Shown: positions 10,027 through 20,313, numbered from the stretch's first letter. The stretch: 64,000 bases of DNA from an uncultured Novosphingobium sp. (GCA_964550775.1 CAZKAX010000003.1:1740-65739); one strand, 5' to 3'. Notes: a model not told the origin generated them from the letters alone. Numbers and translations are program-made.

Positions 10027-10565
10027 AGCAGCGAGTCCCCGGTGCCGATGATCCTCCCGGAACAGACAAAGCCGATATCGGCATAGCGGCTGTCGAGCCC
10101 ATCCTTGTGGGCGGTGCCGAGATAGTAGCAGTGTTCGGGTATCCGCCCGGTCGGGCCAGGCTCAAGCCTCTCGCCGCGCGAACTCGCCGGCTTGAGGCGC
10201 GCAACCTCGGCGCCATTGATCCGCACCACGGCGCCCTCGCGGCTCACCAGGTCGCCCGGCATGCCATAAACCCGCTTGGCAAAGGGCGGGGCCACCTTGC
10301 CGAAATGCGCGGTGATGAGCGGGGTCTGCGGCGCCTTGAAGACCACGAAGTCGCCGCGCGTCGGCACGCGGTGCTTGTCGATCCAGAATGCCCAATTGGG
10401 GAGCGACTGGGTGGTGTTGATCAGGATCGCGTGTTCATCGCGCCAACTTGCGAGCGAAGAACTCGCCGCGAGGCACGCCGCCAGCGCGCCAATCGCCAGC
10501 CAGCGCTTGGCATGACTGCCGCTCCGCGCCGGGGGCTCAGGGTGTGTTTCAGTTTGCAGGGGCAT
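10023..10565 (-). CDS. S26-family conjugative signal/pilin-processing peptidase (TrhF/TraF-peptidase type)
   Basis: INTTQSLP (catalytic Ser), KRVYGMPGD (catalytic Lys) and DGLDSRY motifs. Confidence 0.88.
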   Translation of the reverse strand: MPLQTETHPEPPARSGSHAKRWLAIGALAACLAASSSLASWRDEHAILINTTQSLPNWAFWIDKHRVPTRGDFVVFKAPQTPLITAHFGKVAPPFAKRVYGMPGDLVSREGAVVRINGAEVARLKPASSRGERLEPGPTGRIPEHCYYLGTAHKDGLDSRYADIGFVCSGRIIGTGDSLL

Positions 10566-11142
10566 TGCCCTGCCCCCCGAGAAACCCAGCCTTCGGCGCC
10601 GGTCCCGACCCCGACCCCTGCCCCGAACCCGACATAGCGGCACGCATTGCGCCCATGACATCGGTGCCGCTCGCCGCTGCCTGTTGCGGCATCCGCACGC
10701 GGGCATAGACCTCGCGGCGCACGTCTGCGGTGATGTCGGGGACATTGCCGGCGACGACCGCTTCGCCGACCAGCACGATCTGCCCGGCTGCGCCGCGCCG
10801 TTCGAGATTGCGCTGGATCTCGCTCATGAAGGCCCGGGTTTCGGTGGTGACCTGCTCGGGCGGCGTCGCCGAGCGCGCCTGCGCCTGGACATATTCGCCA
10901 ACGATCCCGGAGAGCTGGACCTTGGCGATCGCCGGCCTCTCAGGTCCGCCGAGCACGCTCTTGGTCACCCATGCGCCCCAGAGGCCCGCCGCGACGAGTG
11001 CGGCGACGAGCGCGACCGGGGCCGCACCGAGGCGCGCACGCGGCGTTTGGCTAGCAGGCGCCGTCGCGACGTCGGCCTCAAACAGCGGGCCGGGCGCTGC
11101 GGTCTCGCCGCCTGATGCGGCTGCACGGGGCTTACCTGCCAT
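10549..11142 (-). CDS. trbI: Type-F conjugative transfer protein TrbI
   Basis: Single TM followed by a periplasmic domain ending in IVLVGEAVVAGNVPDIT; located after traC. Confidence 0.75.
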   Translation of the reverse strand: MAGKPRAAASGGETAAPGPLFEADVATAPASQTPRARLGAAPVALVAALVAAGLWGAWVTKSVLGGPERPAIAKVQLSGIVGEYVQAQARSATPPEQVTTETRAFMSEIQRNLERRGAAGQIVLVGEAVVAGNVPDITADVRREVYARVRMPQQAAASGTDVMGAMRAAMSGSGQGSGSGPAPKAGFLGGQGNAPAN

Positions 11143-11494
11143 GATCTCTCTCCTTGCAAGTGGGGGTTGCCGCAAGGCTCAGGTTCCCGAGCGAATGGCG
11201 GCGGAAGAAAGCGAGCACGGCGAACAGCGCAGCGCTTGCCAGCCAGAAGAACAGGCGGAAGCGGTCCTGCCGCGCGGCATCGGCCGCAACGTAGCGCGAG
11301 GCGAAATTGTCGAGCTGGAGCACGGTCCCGGAAAAGCTGAAGTTCCCCAGCGCGGCGAAGAACAGGAGCCACAGGGCAGCAACGCAGCCGAGCGTGACCG
11401 CGAGCCAGCCCGTCAGCCGCAGCGCGACATAGCAGCCGTCCGCCAGGTGGGATGGCGCGCGCGACGCCGCGGCCCGGACAACGGCGGGCGTCAT
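11132..11494 (-). CDS. Hypothetical membrane protein
   Basis: 120 aa with two TM segments; translationally coupled to traC. Confidence 0.6.
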   Translation of the reverse strand: MTPAVVRAAASRAPSHLADGCYVALRLTGWLAVTLGCVAALWLLFFAALGNFSFSGTVLQLDNFASRYVAADAARQDRFRLFFWLASAALFAVLAFFRRHSLGNLSLAATPTCKERDHGR

Positions 11495-14097
11495 TCGGCC
11501 GCCTCCGCAAGCTCGCCCTCGGCGAAATCAGGCGCGCCCGGCTCGGGCGGCACGAAATCAGGGAAAGCCACCCGCTCGATCGCATCGGGGAGCGCCAGGC
11601 CGCTGCGCACCTTGTCCTCGATCTCGGAAAAGACCCGCGGGCTCGAGGAATAAAGCGTCGCCGAATAGGGATCGAGGACGAGGCGCCCCACAGCGAGCGT
11701 CTCGGGCCCCTTGATGAGCACGTCGGAATACTCGGTGCCATTGCGTTTCAGCGAGCGCAGCAGGCTCTCGGTATAGTGGTCCATCTCGAAGCGCTGGTGC
11801 TTGGCGAGATCGTTGATCGTCTCTTCCTTCTGCTGGAGGACGATCGACCAGTCCGAGTTTTCGAGCGCGGCGAGCGAGCCTTCCGACTTGTAGAAGTCAT
11901 TGAGGGACTGGGTCGCGGTGATGAGCGATCCGCCATATTTGCGGCAGGTGCGGGCATAAGTCTCGATCGCCTGGCCCATTTGTCCGCCGCCGAGCAGCTG
12001 CCAGGCCTCGTCGATCATGGTGAGCTTGGGCACCGAACGGTCGAGATCACGCATGACCCGAAGCGTCAGGAACATGAGCGCGGTCAGCGCGACAGAGCGC
12101 AGTTCGGGCTTCGAGGAGAGATCGGAGAGCTCGAACACCGTGAGCCCGGCTGAGAGATCGATCGAACAGGCGCCTTCGAAGAAGCGGCCATAGGTGCCGC
12201 CGGTGAGGAACGGCGACATGGCGTCGGCCAGATCGCCGGCATAGGGCGATGGCAGTGCGCGCAGCGCTGCCGCGACATCATCGATCGTGCCCGCGCGCTG
12301 CTTGTCGCGCCAGACCGTGCTCACCGCAGAATCAATCAGCCCGCGCTCGGTATCGGACAGCCGGTCCTGCTGGCGCGCCATTTGCCCGACGATCGATTTG
12401 AGCATGGCGAGGCACTCGACCTCGTAGTCCTCGCCGTCCTCGTCGCTTGCGAGGGCTTCGCCATCGATCATGTCGAAGGGATTGAGCGAGAAACCCGAGG
12501 ACAGCTTGAACTCGACGAAAGCGCCGCCGAAGGCCTTGACCATGTGCTCGAACGAGCGGCCGTCGTCGATCACGATGACCTTGGCCCCCGCCCCCGACAT
12601 CGCCGCGCAGACGTCCTGCAGGAACACCGACTTGCCCGAACCCGACTTGCCGAACACCGCAACGTTGTGGTTGCCCGCCGCGTTCTGGAACGGCGACCAG
12701 AAGAACGGCTGACCGCGCCGCCCGATCAGGAGGACGTGGGGGATATGACCGCCGGTGTGCTCGCCCTGAAGTGGCGCGATCGAGGCAGCGGTCGTGGTCA
12801 GCATGGTCTTGAAGCGCTTCATGCGTTTCAGGTCAGCCGAGAGCCCGTTAGGGAGTGACAGCGGCATCGCCGCGAGCAGGCCCATAACCTGGAGGTAACG
12901 CTCGTCGATGAGGTCCCACCCGCAGGCCTTGTAAACCGACTTCACCATGCGCTCGTTGATGTCGCCCTTGCCGAGCGGCGAGAGTGCGCCGACGCCGTAA
13001 TAGACCTGCGCGAGCTTGCGGCCCTGGCGGATCTCCGCCTGCACATACTGCCATTCGTCGCGCTGTTCGGAGAGCTGCGGCAGGAAGCGGGCCGAGCGGC
13101 TGTCCGCAAGACTGGTGGTGCGCATGACCTTGAGCCCTGCGCGCGAGGCGACCGCTTCCTCGTCCTGGTAGACGAGCCCGAGCACGGTCATGACGTTGCA
13201 GCCGAACCTCAGCTTGTCGTTGATGACGTCGCCGATGATCTTCTGGACGTCCCACGGCGCCCATTGCTTGGGCAGGTTGCGCACCGAGAAGAAGCGCCAG
13301 TCGAACTTGTCGGGCACGACCTCGCCGATTACCGGTGCGCCGTCCTGGCGCGCGCCGGTCGGGCGAAAGCGCTCGGTGTGGAGGACGATCCGGTCCGGCG
13401 TGACCTGGGTCTCGAGGTCGCGCCGCACGCACTGGACGTTGATCGGATCGAGCTCGGAATAGTGCTCAGGCTTGTCGGCATTATCGACCGCCGGGCAGAG
13501 AAAATCGTCGAGGAAGGCGATCAGTTCGACCGGGCTCATATCGCGCGCCGGGATCGACAATGCCTGGAGCGTCCCCATGAGGCTTTCGCGCACCGAGACG
13601 AGCGTGTCGGCGCCGATCGGGCCGCTCAATCGGGCACCGATCGAGAGGATCACGCGGGTGTTGCGCAGATAGAACGGCGCATCGCGCGAGATCGACATCC
13701 AGGCCGCCCGGCGCAGCCAGCGGGCGCGGTGCATTGCCGCGCGGCCATAGACGCCCTTGGCGACCACGCGCGGCATGACCCAATCAGCGATGCGCTCGCC
13801 AACCGAGGGGCTTTGCCAGTGAATCAGCTGGATCTCGCAGCCCGAGGGCACGGCGTCGGAGAGGAACTGGGTGAGAAGCTCGCCGCTGCGCTCGTCGGCG
13901 CCCATCATCGGCGCCAGCTCGAGAATGAACCCGACCGAATCCGTATTGATGAACATGCGGCTTTTCTTGTCGAAGCTGCGATAGGGCAGCCAGTTCGACA
14001 GCATCGGCGCGCCCAGCACCGGGCGCTCCGCCTCGGGATGGGCGCTCTCGCCGAACACCATGTCGAGGAACCGGTCCCAGAAGCCGCTCGAGGTCAT
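11491..14097 (-). CDS. traC: Type IV secretion ATPase TraC (VirB4 family)
   Basis: Walker A GKSGSGKS, IDDGRSF, IDEAWQLL and RKYGGSLITATQS motifs; 868 aa. Confidence 0.96.
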   Translation of the reverse strand: MTSSGFWDRFLDMVFGESAHPEAERPVLGAPMLSNWLPYRSFDKKSRMFINTDSVGFILELAPMMGADERSGELLTQFLSDAVPSGCEIQLIHWQSPSVGERIADWVMPRVVAKGVYGRAAMHRARWLRRAAWMSISRDAPFYLRNTRVILSIGARLSGPIGADTLVSVRESLMGTLQALSIPARDMSPVELIAFLDDFLCPAVDNADKPEHYSELDPINVQCVRRDLETQVTPDRIVLHTERFRPTGARQDGAPVIGEVVPDKFDWRFFSVRNLPKQWAPWDVQKIIGDVINDKLRFGCNVMTVLGLVYQDEEAVASRAGLKVMRTTSLADSRSARFLPQLSEQRDEWQYVQAEIRQGRKLAQVYYGVGALSPLGKGDINERMVKSVYKACGWDLIDERYLQVMGLLAAMPLSLPNGLSADLKRMKRFKTMLTTTAASIAPLQGEHTGGHIPHVLLIGRRGQPFFWSPFQNAAGNHNVAVFGKSGSGKSVFLQDVCAAMSGAGAKVIVIDDGRSFEHMVKAFGGAFVEFKLSSGFSLNPFDMIDGEALASDEDGEDYEVECLAMLKSIVGQMARQQDRLSDTERGLIDSAVSTVWRDKQRAGTIDDVAAALRALPSPYAGDLADAMSPFLTGGTYGRFFEGACSIDLSAGLTVFELSDLSSKPELRSVALTALMFLTLRVMRDLDRSVPKLTMIDEAWQLLGGGQMGQAIETYARTCRKYGGSLITATQSLNDFYKSEGSLAALENSDWSIVLQQKEETINDLAKHQRFEMDHYTESLLRSLKRNGTEYSDVLIKGPETLAVGRLVLDPYSATLYSSSPRVFSEIEDKVRSGLALPDAIERVAFPDFVPPEPGAPDFAEGELAEAAE

Positions 14098-14103
14098 GGT
14101 CCC

Positions 14104-15249
14104 TTACTCCTCGACCTTGGCCGGAAAGGCGGCGGGGCCATTTGCAGGTTTGGCAGTGGCCGAAGCCGGCGTGGCAGCAGTTGCCTGCACCGCAATCGGT
14201 GCAGCACTCACGGGTGCCGGCGGGGCGGGAACTGCCCCGGCCGGCGCCTTCGCGGTATGGGCGAGACGCGCCTGCACTTCTGCGCGGATCGCATCGACCG
14301 CGTTGCCCGACTTGAGTGCCGCAGCCTTGGCTCGCGCCGCAGCGACGGCCTCCGGGCTTGGCAGTGATGGCGGCGGGCTATCCGCCGGCGCGCCAACAGG
14401 AGCGGCGACGCTCTCGCTAACCGGGGCAGACGTGGCGGGCGGTGGACTGTAGGCGGTGCTGGCGAGGCTGATCGCGCGGCCTTCGACCTGGTCGCCAAGG
14501 TTGGGCTCGCCCGAGGACAGCTGCATCCAGGCGCCATCGTCGACCACCGCGTGAACGATCCGCGGCTCGTGAAGATTGCCGCCGCCATCGACGAACGACG
14601 GGAAGACGACCCTCAGTACCCTGCGCTCGCGGTGGACCATGCCGTCGCCCGCAGCGGCAATACGACCTGAACCGGACGGCACGTAAGACGCCGTTACTGC
14701 CTTGGCTGCCGCCGGTTGGCGAATGTACGGCCCCGCCGGCGTCATTGGTCGGGCATTCTGGATCACTGACAGCGCCTGGTCGTCGATCAGGGTCGACGGG
14801 GCGCAGGTCCCTCCCGGCGCGCTGCAGGCAAAGCTGCCCTTGATATTGCCGCCGAACAGCGAGGTGCAGGCGGCAAGCTGGGTCGCGGCAAGCCCGACCG
14901 CAGCCATGGTCGCTGCCCGGGCGAGGCCACTCGGGGTCCGGCGCTCAGCGAGCATTCCAAGACGCACGGCAAGTCGCCAGAACGCAAGGCCCGACGCGAG
15001 CGACAGCGTGCCTTCGCCCAGCGCAACATGGCCTGCCGAGCGAACCCAAGCGCGCCCACGCAGCTTCGCCAGTTCCGAAAGCGTGAGCAGCCGCCCCTGC
15101 GGCGGGGCATAGGCTGCGACAAGGTCGTGCCACAGCAGGATCGCCTCGCGGCGGTTGATTGCGCCCCTTGGCAACGAGATTGCCCCACGCGAACGCCGTG
15201 CCACTGCGCGGGCGAGCCCTGCGTGCTGTTCAGGGGTGAGCCCGGTCAC
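14104..15249 (-). CDS. traV: TraV-family lipoprotein with a long in-frame N-terminal extension
   Basis: Lipobox LAAC followed by FACSAPGGTCAP and the RVLRVVFPSFVD..GNLHE motif. GTG at 15249 overlaps the dsbC stop; an internal start near 14908-14960 is also possible. Confidence 0.75.
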   Translation of the reverse strand: MTGLTPEQHAGLARAVARRSRGAISLPRGAINRREAILLWHDLVAAYAPPQGRLLTLSELAKLRGRAWVRSAGHVALGEGTLSLASGLAFWRLAVRLGMLAERRTPSGLARAATMAAVGLAATQLAACTSLFGGNIKGSFACSAPGGTCAPSTLIDDQALSVIQNARPMTPAGPYIRQPAAAKAVTASYVPSGSGRIAAAGDGMVHRERRVLRVVFPSFVDGGGNLHEPRIVHAVVDDGAWMQLSSGEPNLGDQVEGRAISLASTAYSPPPATSAPVSESVAAPVGAPADSPPPSLPSPEAVAAARAKAAALKSGNAVDAIRAEVQARLAHTAKAPAGAVPAPPAPVSAAPIAVQATAATPASATAKPANGPAAFPAKVEE

Positions 15250-16145
15250 GACTTGGCACCCTTCAGCCACTGCTCGAGCACTTCGCGCGGGCGGAAGCCT
15301 TCGATCACCGCGCCGTCCGAGCGGACGATGACCGGGGTTCCGGCAAGGCCCTGCTGGCGCGCGAAGCGCTCGTTGGCATCGAGCGGCGAAGTGTCGCAGG
15401 CACGGGTGTCAGTGATCGGTGCGCCGGCATAGGCCGATTTGACCGCCTTGCGCCGATCGCGCGCGCAGAACACCTGATTGGCGAGATCGCGGCTGCCGAG
15501 CACCGAAATCGGCCGCTCGATCACGCGCACGTTCATGCTTTCGAGCACGCCAGACAGCGCCCGGCAGTAGCCGCAGCGAAAATCGCTGAACACGGTCACG
15601 GTCGGTCCCGAACTTGCTCCCCAGACAATGCCGCCCGCCTCGGGCAGTGCGGCGAGCGACATCATCCGGGGGGCACCGCTCGCCGCCGGCGTGCTGACGC
15701 CGCGGCGGGGGGTCTCGACTTCCTGCGCTTCCTGCTTGCTGCCTGCGGCGCCGCCGACGAGAAGGTCGGGGTTGACCTCGAGCAACCGGACCGCGGTTAG
15801 GTCCTGGCGGGTCTGCATGTCGTAGACGCGCCCGATCAGGAGGTAGCGCGCGGTCCGGTCGACATAGAATAGCTGCGACCCGGCGGTGACTTCGCAAACC
15901 CCGTCGACGAGTTGGCAATTGACGCGCGAGACCTGGGTGCGCGGCAGGCGTGCCTTCAGGAGCGCGGTGACGGCCTGGTCGGCTTCGCTTGGCGAGTGGG
16001 CGGCGTATGGAGCGGCGCCCTCGGCCCCCGCAGCGCCGGCATTGGCCCAGACCAGCGAGCCGCCGCTGCCGAGCACGATCGCGGCCAGCGGCATCAGCAC
16101 CTGGCCAAGGCGGGGCCTGCCAATTTTCAGGGATTTCAGCTTCAT
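15246..16145 (-). CDS. dsbC: DsbC-family thiol:disulfide isomerase of the transfer region
   Basis: DsbC N-terminal domain (FYVDRTARYLLIGRVYD), FSDFRCGYC active site and GTP cis-Pro motif. Confidence 0.9.
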   Translation of the reverse strand: MKLKSLKIGRPRLGQVLMPLAAIVLGSGGSLVWANAGAAGAEGAAPYAAHSPSEADQAVTALLKARLPRTQVSRVNCQLVDGVCEVTAGSQLFYVDRTARYLLIGRVYDMQTRQDLTAVRLLEVNPDLLVGGAAGSKQEAQEVETPRRGVSTPAASGAPRMMSLAALPEAGGIVWGASSGPTVTVFSDFRCGYCRALSGVLESMNVRVIERPISVLGSRDLANQVFCARDRRKAVKSAYAGAPITDTRACDTSPLDANERFARQQGLAGTPVIVRSDGAVIEGFRPREVLEQWLKGAKS

Positions 16146-16155
16146 TGCACCCTCC

Positions 16156-17547
16156 TCATCCGTTGATGAACACGCCTTCGAGAAACACGATTTCGACATC
16201 GATCCCGGTCGGCATCTCGATCACGGGCTGGTACTGCTCGGCCCGCTCGATCAGGTATTTGCTGACCATGTCGCCCGAGGTAGCGATGCCTTCTCCGAGA
16301 CCGCCTTCGAGGATGTCGCCGGTGCCGAGCTTCTGGCGCTGGCCATTGACGTTGACGTTTGTCCCGGTGAGCGTCGTATTGGTGTTGGCGGAAAAGCCGC
16401 GTCCGAACCCGCCGGCGAGCCCGGCAAGGAAGGCCTGACCGATCAGTGATCCCTCGCGGCTCACAACCCGGCCCCGCACCCCGGTCTTGCCGCCGAACGC
16501 GATGAAGCCCTTCACATCCGAGACCGCGTAGCGCCCATTGGGCTGCGGGCAGGTCATGCGCTGCAGCTTGACGTAAACCTTCTCGCTCGAGAGATCGCCG
16601 CGCGCCGCACCGTTGACGAGGCAGCCCGCGATATTGGTCGTGAGCAGCCGCCCGTTGTCATAGACCGAGCGTGCGGGACCCGTGATGCGAAGCACCACCG
16701 GCAACGGATCGGTCTGGCTCTGGACCCCGGCGGCGGCATCGACCCCGACAATGACCTTGGCGACCGCGATCGAATTGGGCGGCAGGTAATTGGCGCTGTC
16801 GGTGAAGACGGTATTGCCCTTGGGAACAGGACTACCGGTGCCGCCGGTGCCTTCACCAAACGAGACGAGACTGACCTCGCTGCCGCGTCCTCCGGGCATG
16901 CCGGCTGCCGCCATCGCTGCCTGACCGGCCGGGGTCCCGGGCGCCTGGTAGCTGGGCGGACTGGTCCGGCCGTATAGCGCATTGGGTCCGACGGAAGTCG
17001 CGCCGGGGCCGACAACGGGCTGACCCATGATGGGCGACTGGCGCGCGGCGGCGAGCGCGGCCTTCAGCTGCTCGTTCTCGTTCTGATAGGCCGAGAGCAC
17101 CCGTTCGGTGTCGGGCGAAATCCCCCCTCCCCCCGTGCTCCCTTGCGCCTGACTTTGGGCCAGCTGCGCTTCCAATTGGTCGGCGCGCTGCGCGCGGGCG
17201 GCGAGCGCGCGCATGTTGTTGTCCATCGACATCATCTGCGCCTCGGACTGGGCACGCCACTCCTTCTCGGCCATGTTCTTGTTGACCATCTCGTCGACCG
17301 AAACGTCGGCGACCTGCCGCTTGACGCCGGCGTCGCTGCTCTTGTGATCGCCGGCGAAGATCCACGAGGAGCCGATGACAAGCGCGGCAAGACCGCCAGC
17401 GCCGAGCAGCAGCATCTGCTTCTTTTTGACCGCCTCATTGGCCACGATCGCATCGCCGAGCGGCGAGGCATCACCATTTCCCGTCTCGGTCGCGGGACCG
17501 TCGAGCGCCTTGGGGCCTTTGCGGAACGGGTTCTTCCAGTCCATCAC
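16156..17547 (-). CDS. traB: TraB/VirB10-family core complex protein
   Basis: TM plus coiled coil; GVDA, PVVLRI, GDLSSEKV, GVRGRVVSREG and YLIERAEQYQPVIE motifs. Confidence 0.93.
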   Translation of the reverse strand: MMDWKNPFRKGPKALDGPATETGNGDASPLGDAIVANEAVKKKQMLLLGAGGLAALVIGSSWIFAGDHKSSDAGVKRQVADVSVDEMVNKNMAEKEWRAQSEAQMMSMDNNMRALAARAQRADQLEAQLAQSQAQGSTGGGGISPDTERVLSAYQNENEQLKAALAAARQSPIMGQPVVGPGATSVGPNALYGRTSPPSYQAPGTPAGQAAMAAAGMPGGRGSEVSLVSFGEGTGGTGSPVPKGNTVFTDSANYLPPNSIAVAKVIVGVDAAAGVQSQTDPLPVVLRITGPARSVYDNGRLLTTNIAGCLVNGAARGDLSSEKVYVKLQRMTCPQPNGRYAVSDVKGFIAFGGKTGVRGRVVSREGSLIGQAFLAGLAGGFGRGFSANTNTTLTGTNVNVNGQRQKLGTGDILEGGLGEGIATSGDMVSKYLIERAEQYQPVIEMPTGIDVEIVFLEGVFING

Positions 17548-18344
17548 TGGCCTCCATTCGATTTGATGAGGTAGACGGCTGCCGCCTGGCCCGGGGCGAG
17601 CTCGCTCACCGGGGTCATGAAGGCGACACTGCCGCGCGCCGCGAGCAGGTTCTCATCGAGGGTGAGCGGCTTTGCGCCAGTGTTGCGGACCCTGAGGATC
17701 AGCCCCTTGAGGTCGGCGCCGCGATATTCCCCGACCTGCTGGACCTCGAGCTTGCCGACCGCGACCGGCTCGAGCACGCTTTGTCGGATCTCGAAGCCTT
17801 CGATGGTCTCGCTGCGGTACATCGCTTGCGCGAGGCGCACTGCGGTATCCTCGGGTGAAGAACGCACTTCCCAATCGCGCGCGGCCTCGGCCTTGATCGC
17901 CGTGTTGGTGACGAAGACCTGCTCGGCGTCGTTCCCGCGGACCTGGCAGAGGAACTTGTAGACGTAGCCCTTGCGGGTCGTGCCGAAGAACGAGAGGCTC
18001 GACTTGGTGAACCCGTCGGGCACCGAAATGTAGATGTCGCCGCGCACCGGCTCGTTGACGATCTTGAAGTCCTCGGCGGGGTTGCCGGTGCTGATCTTCG
18101 AGACCGAGGCGAACTGGTCGCCAGCAAGGCTGATCCGGGTCAGGTCCTTGGCCGAGGCAACACAGGCGACCGTGCCATTGTCAGCCGCGGGGATGCTTTG
18201 GTCGGCCAGGGCGGGGCTCGCCGCGAGGCAGAGCGCGCCAAAGCAGATCATTGCGACACCCACCGGCCGCCCAGCTATCGCCAGGGGACGTCCCGCCAGC
18301 ACTGTTCCGGCGCCGATCGCGCCCCAAGCCACAACGGCCATCAC
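17544..18344 (-). CDS. traK: Type-F secretin-like protein TraK
   Basis: Signal peptide with LTRISL, GDIYI and FFGTTRKGYVY motifs; lies between traE and traB. Start is GTG 18344 or ATG 18341. Confidence 0.85.
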   Translation of the reverse strand: MMAVVAWGAIGAGTVLAGRPLAIAGRPVGVAMICFGALCLAASPALADQSIPAADNGTVACVASAKDLTRISLAGDQFASVSKISTGNPAEDFKIVNEPVRGDIYISVPDGFTKSSLSFFGTTRKGYVYKFLCQVRGNDAEQVFVTNTAIKAEAARDWEVRSSPEDTAVRLAQAMYRSETIEGFEIRQSVLEPVAVGKLEVQQVGEYRGADLKGLILRVRNTGAKPLTLDENLLAARGSVAFMTPVSELAPGQAAAVYLIKSNGGQ

Positions 18345-18955
18345 TCGTCTCCCCCATCGGTGCTGTTGTTGGCGCTGCCCTTGGCGTCGATGACCTTGCC
18401 CGAAGGGTCCTTGGTCACGCGCCCAAACCCGGCGAGCTTGAGGCTGACGCCCGAGTAGCTCCACACGTAGCGGAAGGTCCGGGCCTCGGAGGTCACCTCC
18501 TTCGAGCCGACCACCGTGTGCAGCACGCCATTGACCTCGCTGGTCAGCGCCTCGGGATCGACGGAGAGGTTCTCGATCGTGAAAAACTGCGAGACGTTCG
18601 AGCCGTTCTGCTCGTTGAAGATCTTCATCAGTTCGGCCTTCATCCGGCCGTGGGTCCTGGGATCGGTGATCGCGAGGATCGAATCCATCCAGTATTGCAG
18701 GTTGGACGGCGAGCGGTTGAGCGTCAGCAGCGCGGCATCGCGCGTGACCAGCTCGAGGTAGTCCTTGTCGATGTGGTTCGAGGAGAGCGTCAGCGGCTTG
18801 GCTAGCACCGGCTGCAGCACCACCTCGCGGTCGCGCTGCGCGGCGGTAAGCGTCAGCACCACGCTCAAGGCAAACAGCCCGGTCGCGGTGATCGCCAGGA
18901 GGTTGCGCTGCTTCAGGAGCCGCTGCGCCTGGCCGTGAGAAATCGAGAGGTCCAT
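18341..18955 (-). CDS. traE: Conjugative transfer protein TraE
   Basis: N-terminal TM, VVLQP and YLE..RD...L.LN.SP pattern; canonical traL-E-K order. Confidence 0.9.
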   Translation of the reverse strand: MDLSISHGQAQRLLKQRNLLAITATGLFALSVVLTLTAAQRDREVVLQPVLAKPLTLSSNHIDKDYLELVTRDAALLTLNRSPSNLQYWMDSILAITDPRTHGRMKAELMKIFNEQNGSNVSQFFTIENLSVDPEALTSEVNGVLHTVVGSKEVTSEARTFRYVWSYSGVSLKLAGFGRVTKDPSGKVIDAKGSANNSTDGGDE

Positions 18956-18956
18956 A

Positions 18957-19241
18957 TCAGCCCGCCATCAGTCGAAGATGGGAGGGCGGCGTCGCTCTCA
19001 GCCCCATGAAGGCACCAGGCAGGTACCAGTAGGCTGAATGAATGATCCACGAGACGGCTCGTCCCGCCTTCAACTTGCGCAATCCCCACCAGGCCAGCAC
19101 GCTTGAACATAGACCGATGAAAATATGTTGAGACAGGATGCCCCACGCGAAGGGCACGATCATCGCCAGAAACTCATCGAGTGTCCAAAACCCGATCAGC
19201 TCCGGATCATCGAGATGCGCGGGAACCGTGTAGCGATTCAT
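18957..19241 (-). CDS. traL: Conjugative transfer protein TraL
   Basis: YTVPAHLDDPELIGFWTLDE ... YWYLP ... TPPSHLR; 94 aa. Confidence 0.93.
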   Translation of the reverse strand: MNRYTVPAHLDDPELIGFWTLDEFLAMIVPFAWGILSQHIFIGLCSSVLAWWGLRKLKAGRAVSWIIHSAYWYLPGAFMGLRATPPSHLRLMAG

Positions 19242-19299
19242 GAGCGGCGCCACCCTCCGAGGTGTCCGACCGGAAGTCCGGACGGAGCGGGGTTGAAGG

Positions 19300-19614
19300 T
19301 CAGATCGTCGCGGTGACCGCAGCGGTGACGATGGGCACGCCGGTGCCGGCACCGACGCCGACCCCGACGGGGATCGCGACCTGGCCGAGGCTGAAGCGGC
19401 CCGAGGCAAGGCCGACGATGCCGCCCGCCAGGCTCAGCACGGTGATGATCTTGCCGCCCGAGCCTTCGAGGAATCCGGTGAACGAAGTGAGTGCAGTGTT
19501 GAAGGTGGTGTCGGCGCCCGCCATCGCGACTTCGCTGCCGACCAGACTGGCGACCGCGACCACCGCGGCCCCCTGGATGAGGCTTGCGCCTTTCCCTTTC
19601 ATCGTGAGTTTCAT
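19300..19614 (-). CDS. traA: Pilin precursor (TraA/TrhA-like)
   Basis: 104-aa hydrophobic protein with a leader ending AMA-G and two TM helices. First gene of the operon, with an AAGGA RBS. Confidence 0.75.
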   Translation of the reverse strand: MKLTMKGKGASLIQGAAVVAVASLVGSEVAMAGADTTFNTALTSFTGFLEGSGGKIITVLSLAGGIVGLASGRFSLGQVAIPVGVGVGAGTGVPIVTAAVTATI

Positions 19615-19831
19615 GTTGCCATGTCCTTTTCCAAACGCCGTGATTGTCACGGCATTCAGAATGAACAGATCAGCGCTGTCGGGAGCAATTAAGGGACGGT
19701 TTAGGCAATCAAACGAATCGGATCATTTCCGAGATATGGACTCGGACAGGCCTGTTATTTCTGCATGAGGGAAACAGGTTTGCCATTTCGGGAACTGTGT
19801 TTGCCGTTTGAGGTGAAGGTCGTTTCCGCAT

Positions 19832-19849
19832 CGGTAAACGCGGTTACCG
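19832..19849. promoter_or_regulatory. Inverted repeat CGGTAA-N6-TTACCG in the divergent tra promoter region
   Basis: Seen directly in the intergenic region between traA and the divergent genes; function inferred. Confidence 0.3.
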
Positions 19850-19953
19850 GGACGGGAATTGAAGGGTGCGAATCACGCTCACCGCCCCGGATTCGCCAAA
19901 TTTACAATTTTGGATCATTGTGCGTAGCGGCACATGCCCCGGATTATTCGCCA

Positions 19954-20313
19954 ATGACAGCAGGAACGCGCAACGTCCGCATCTTCATGAGCGAGCAGTG
20001 CTTTGAACTGCTCGTCGATGCCATGGCCGCGTTTTCCAAGCAAACCCGCCGGTTCCAGACCATGCGGATGACCGTCCAGGCCGCGTGTTCTCGGCTTAAA
20101 TCCCATGGGGTTTCCAAAGTTGAGCTTGAAGAATTCCTCGCGGAATACCCGATCGACGGCGACATCCGGATCTTCCTTGAGGTCACACCTGAGTGGGCAC
20201 AGGACTACGATTCATTGCGCGCCAAAGTCCGGAAAATCTGCGAACAGACGATCTCCGATAAGGTTCTCGTGCCCTTTGCTCTACATCTCGCGGTGAAGCA
20301 CAATCTTCTCTAG
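19954..20313 (+). CDS. Hypothetical protein, possible tandem ribbon-helix-helix
   Basis: Two strand-helix-helix-like units (RNVRIFMSEQCFELL... and DIRIFLEVTPEWAQDY...). Start uncertain. Confidence 0.55.
   Translation: MTAGTRNVRIFMSEQCFELLVDAMAAFSKQTRRFQTMRMTVQAACSRLKSHGVSKVELEEFLAEYPIDGDIRIFLEVTPEWAQDYDSLRAKVRKICEQTISDKVLVPFALHLAVKHNLL

Noticed and set aside
19650..19950. oriT in the region upstream of traA
   Set aside because: No recognisable nic motif and no adjacent relaxase; treated only as a promoter region.
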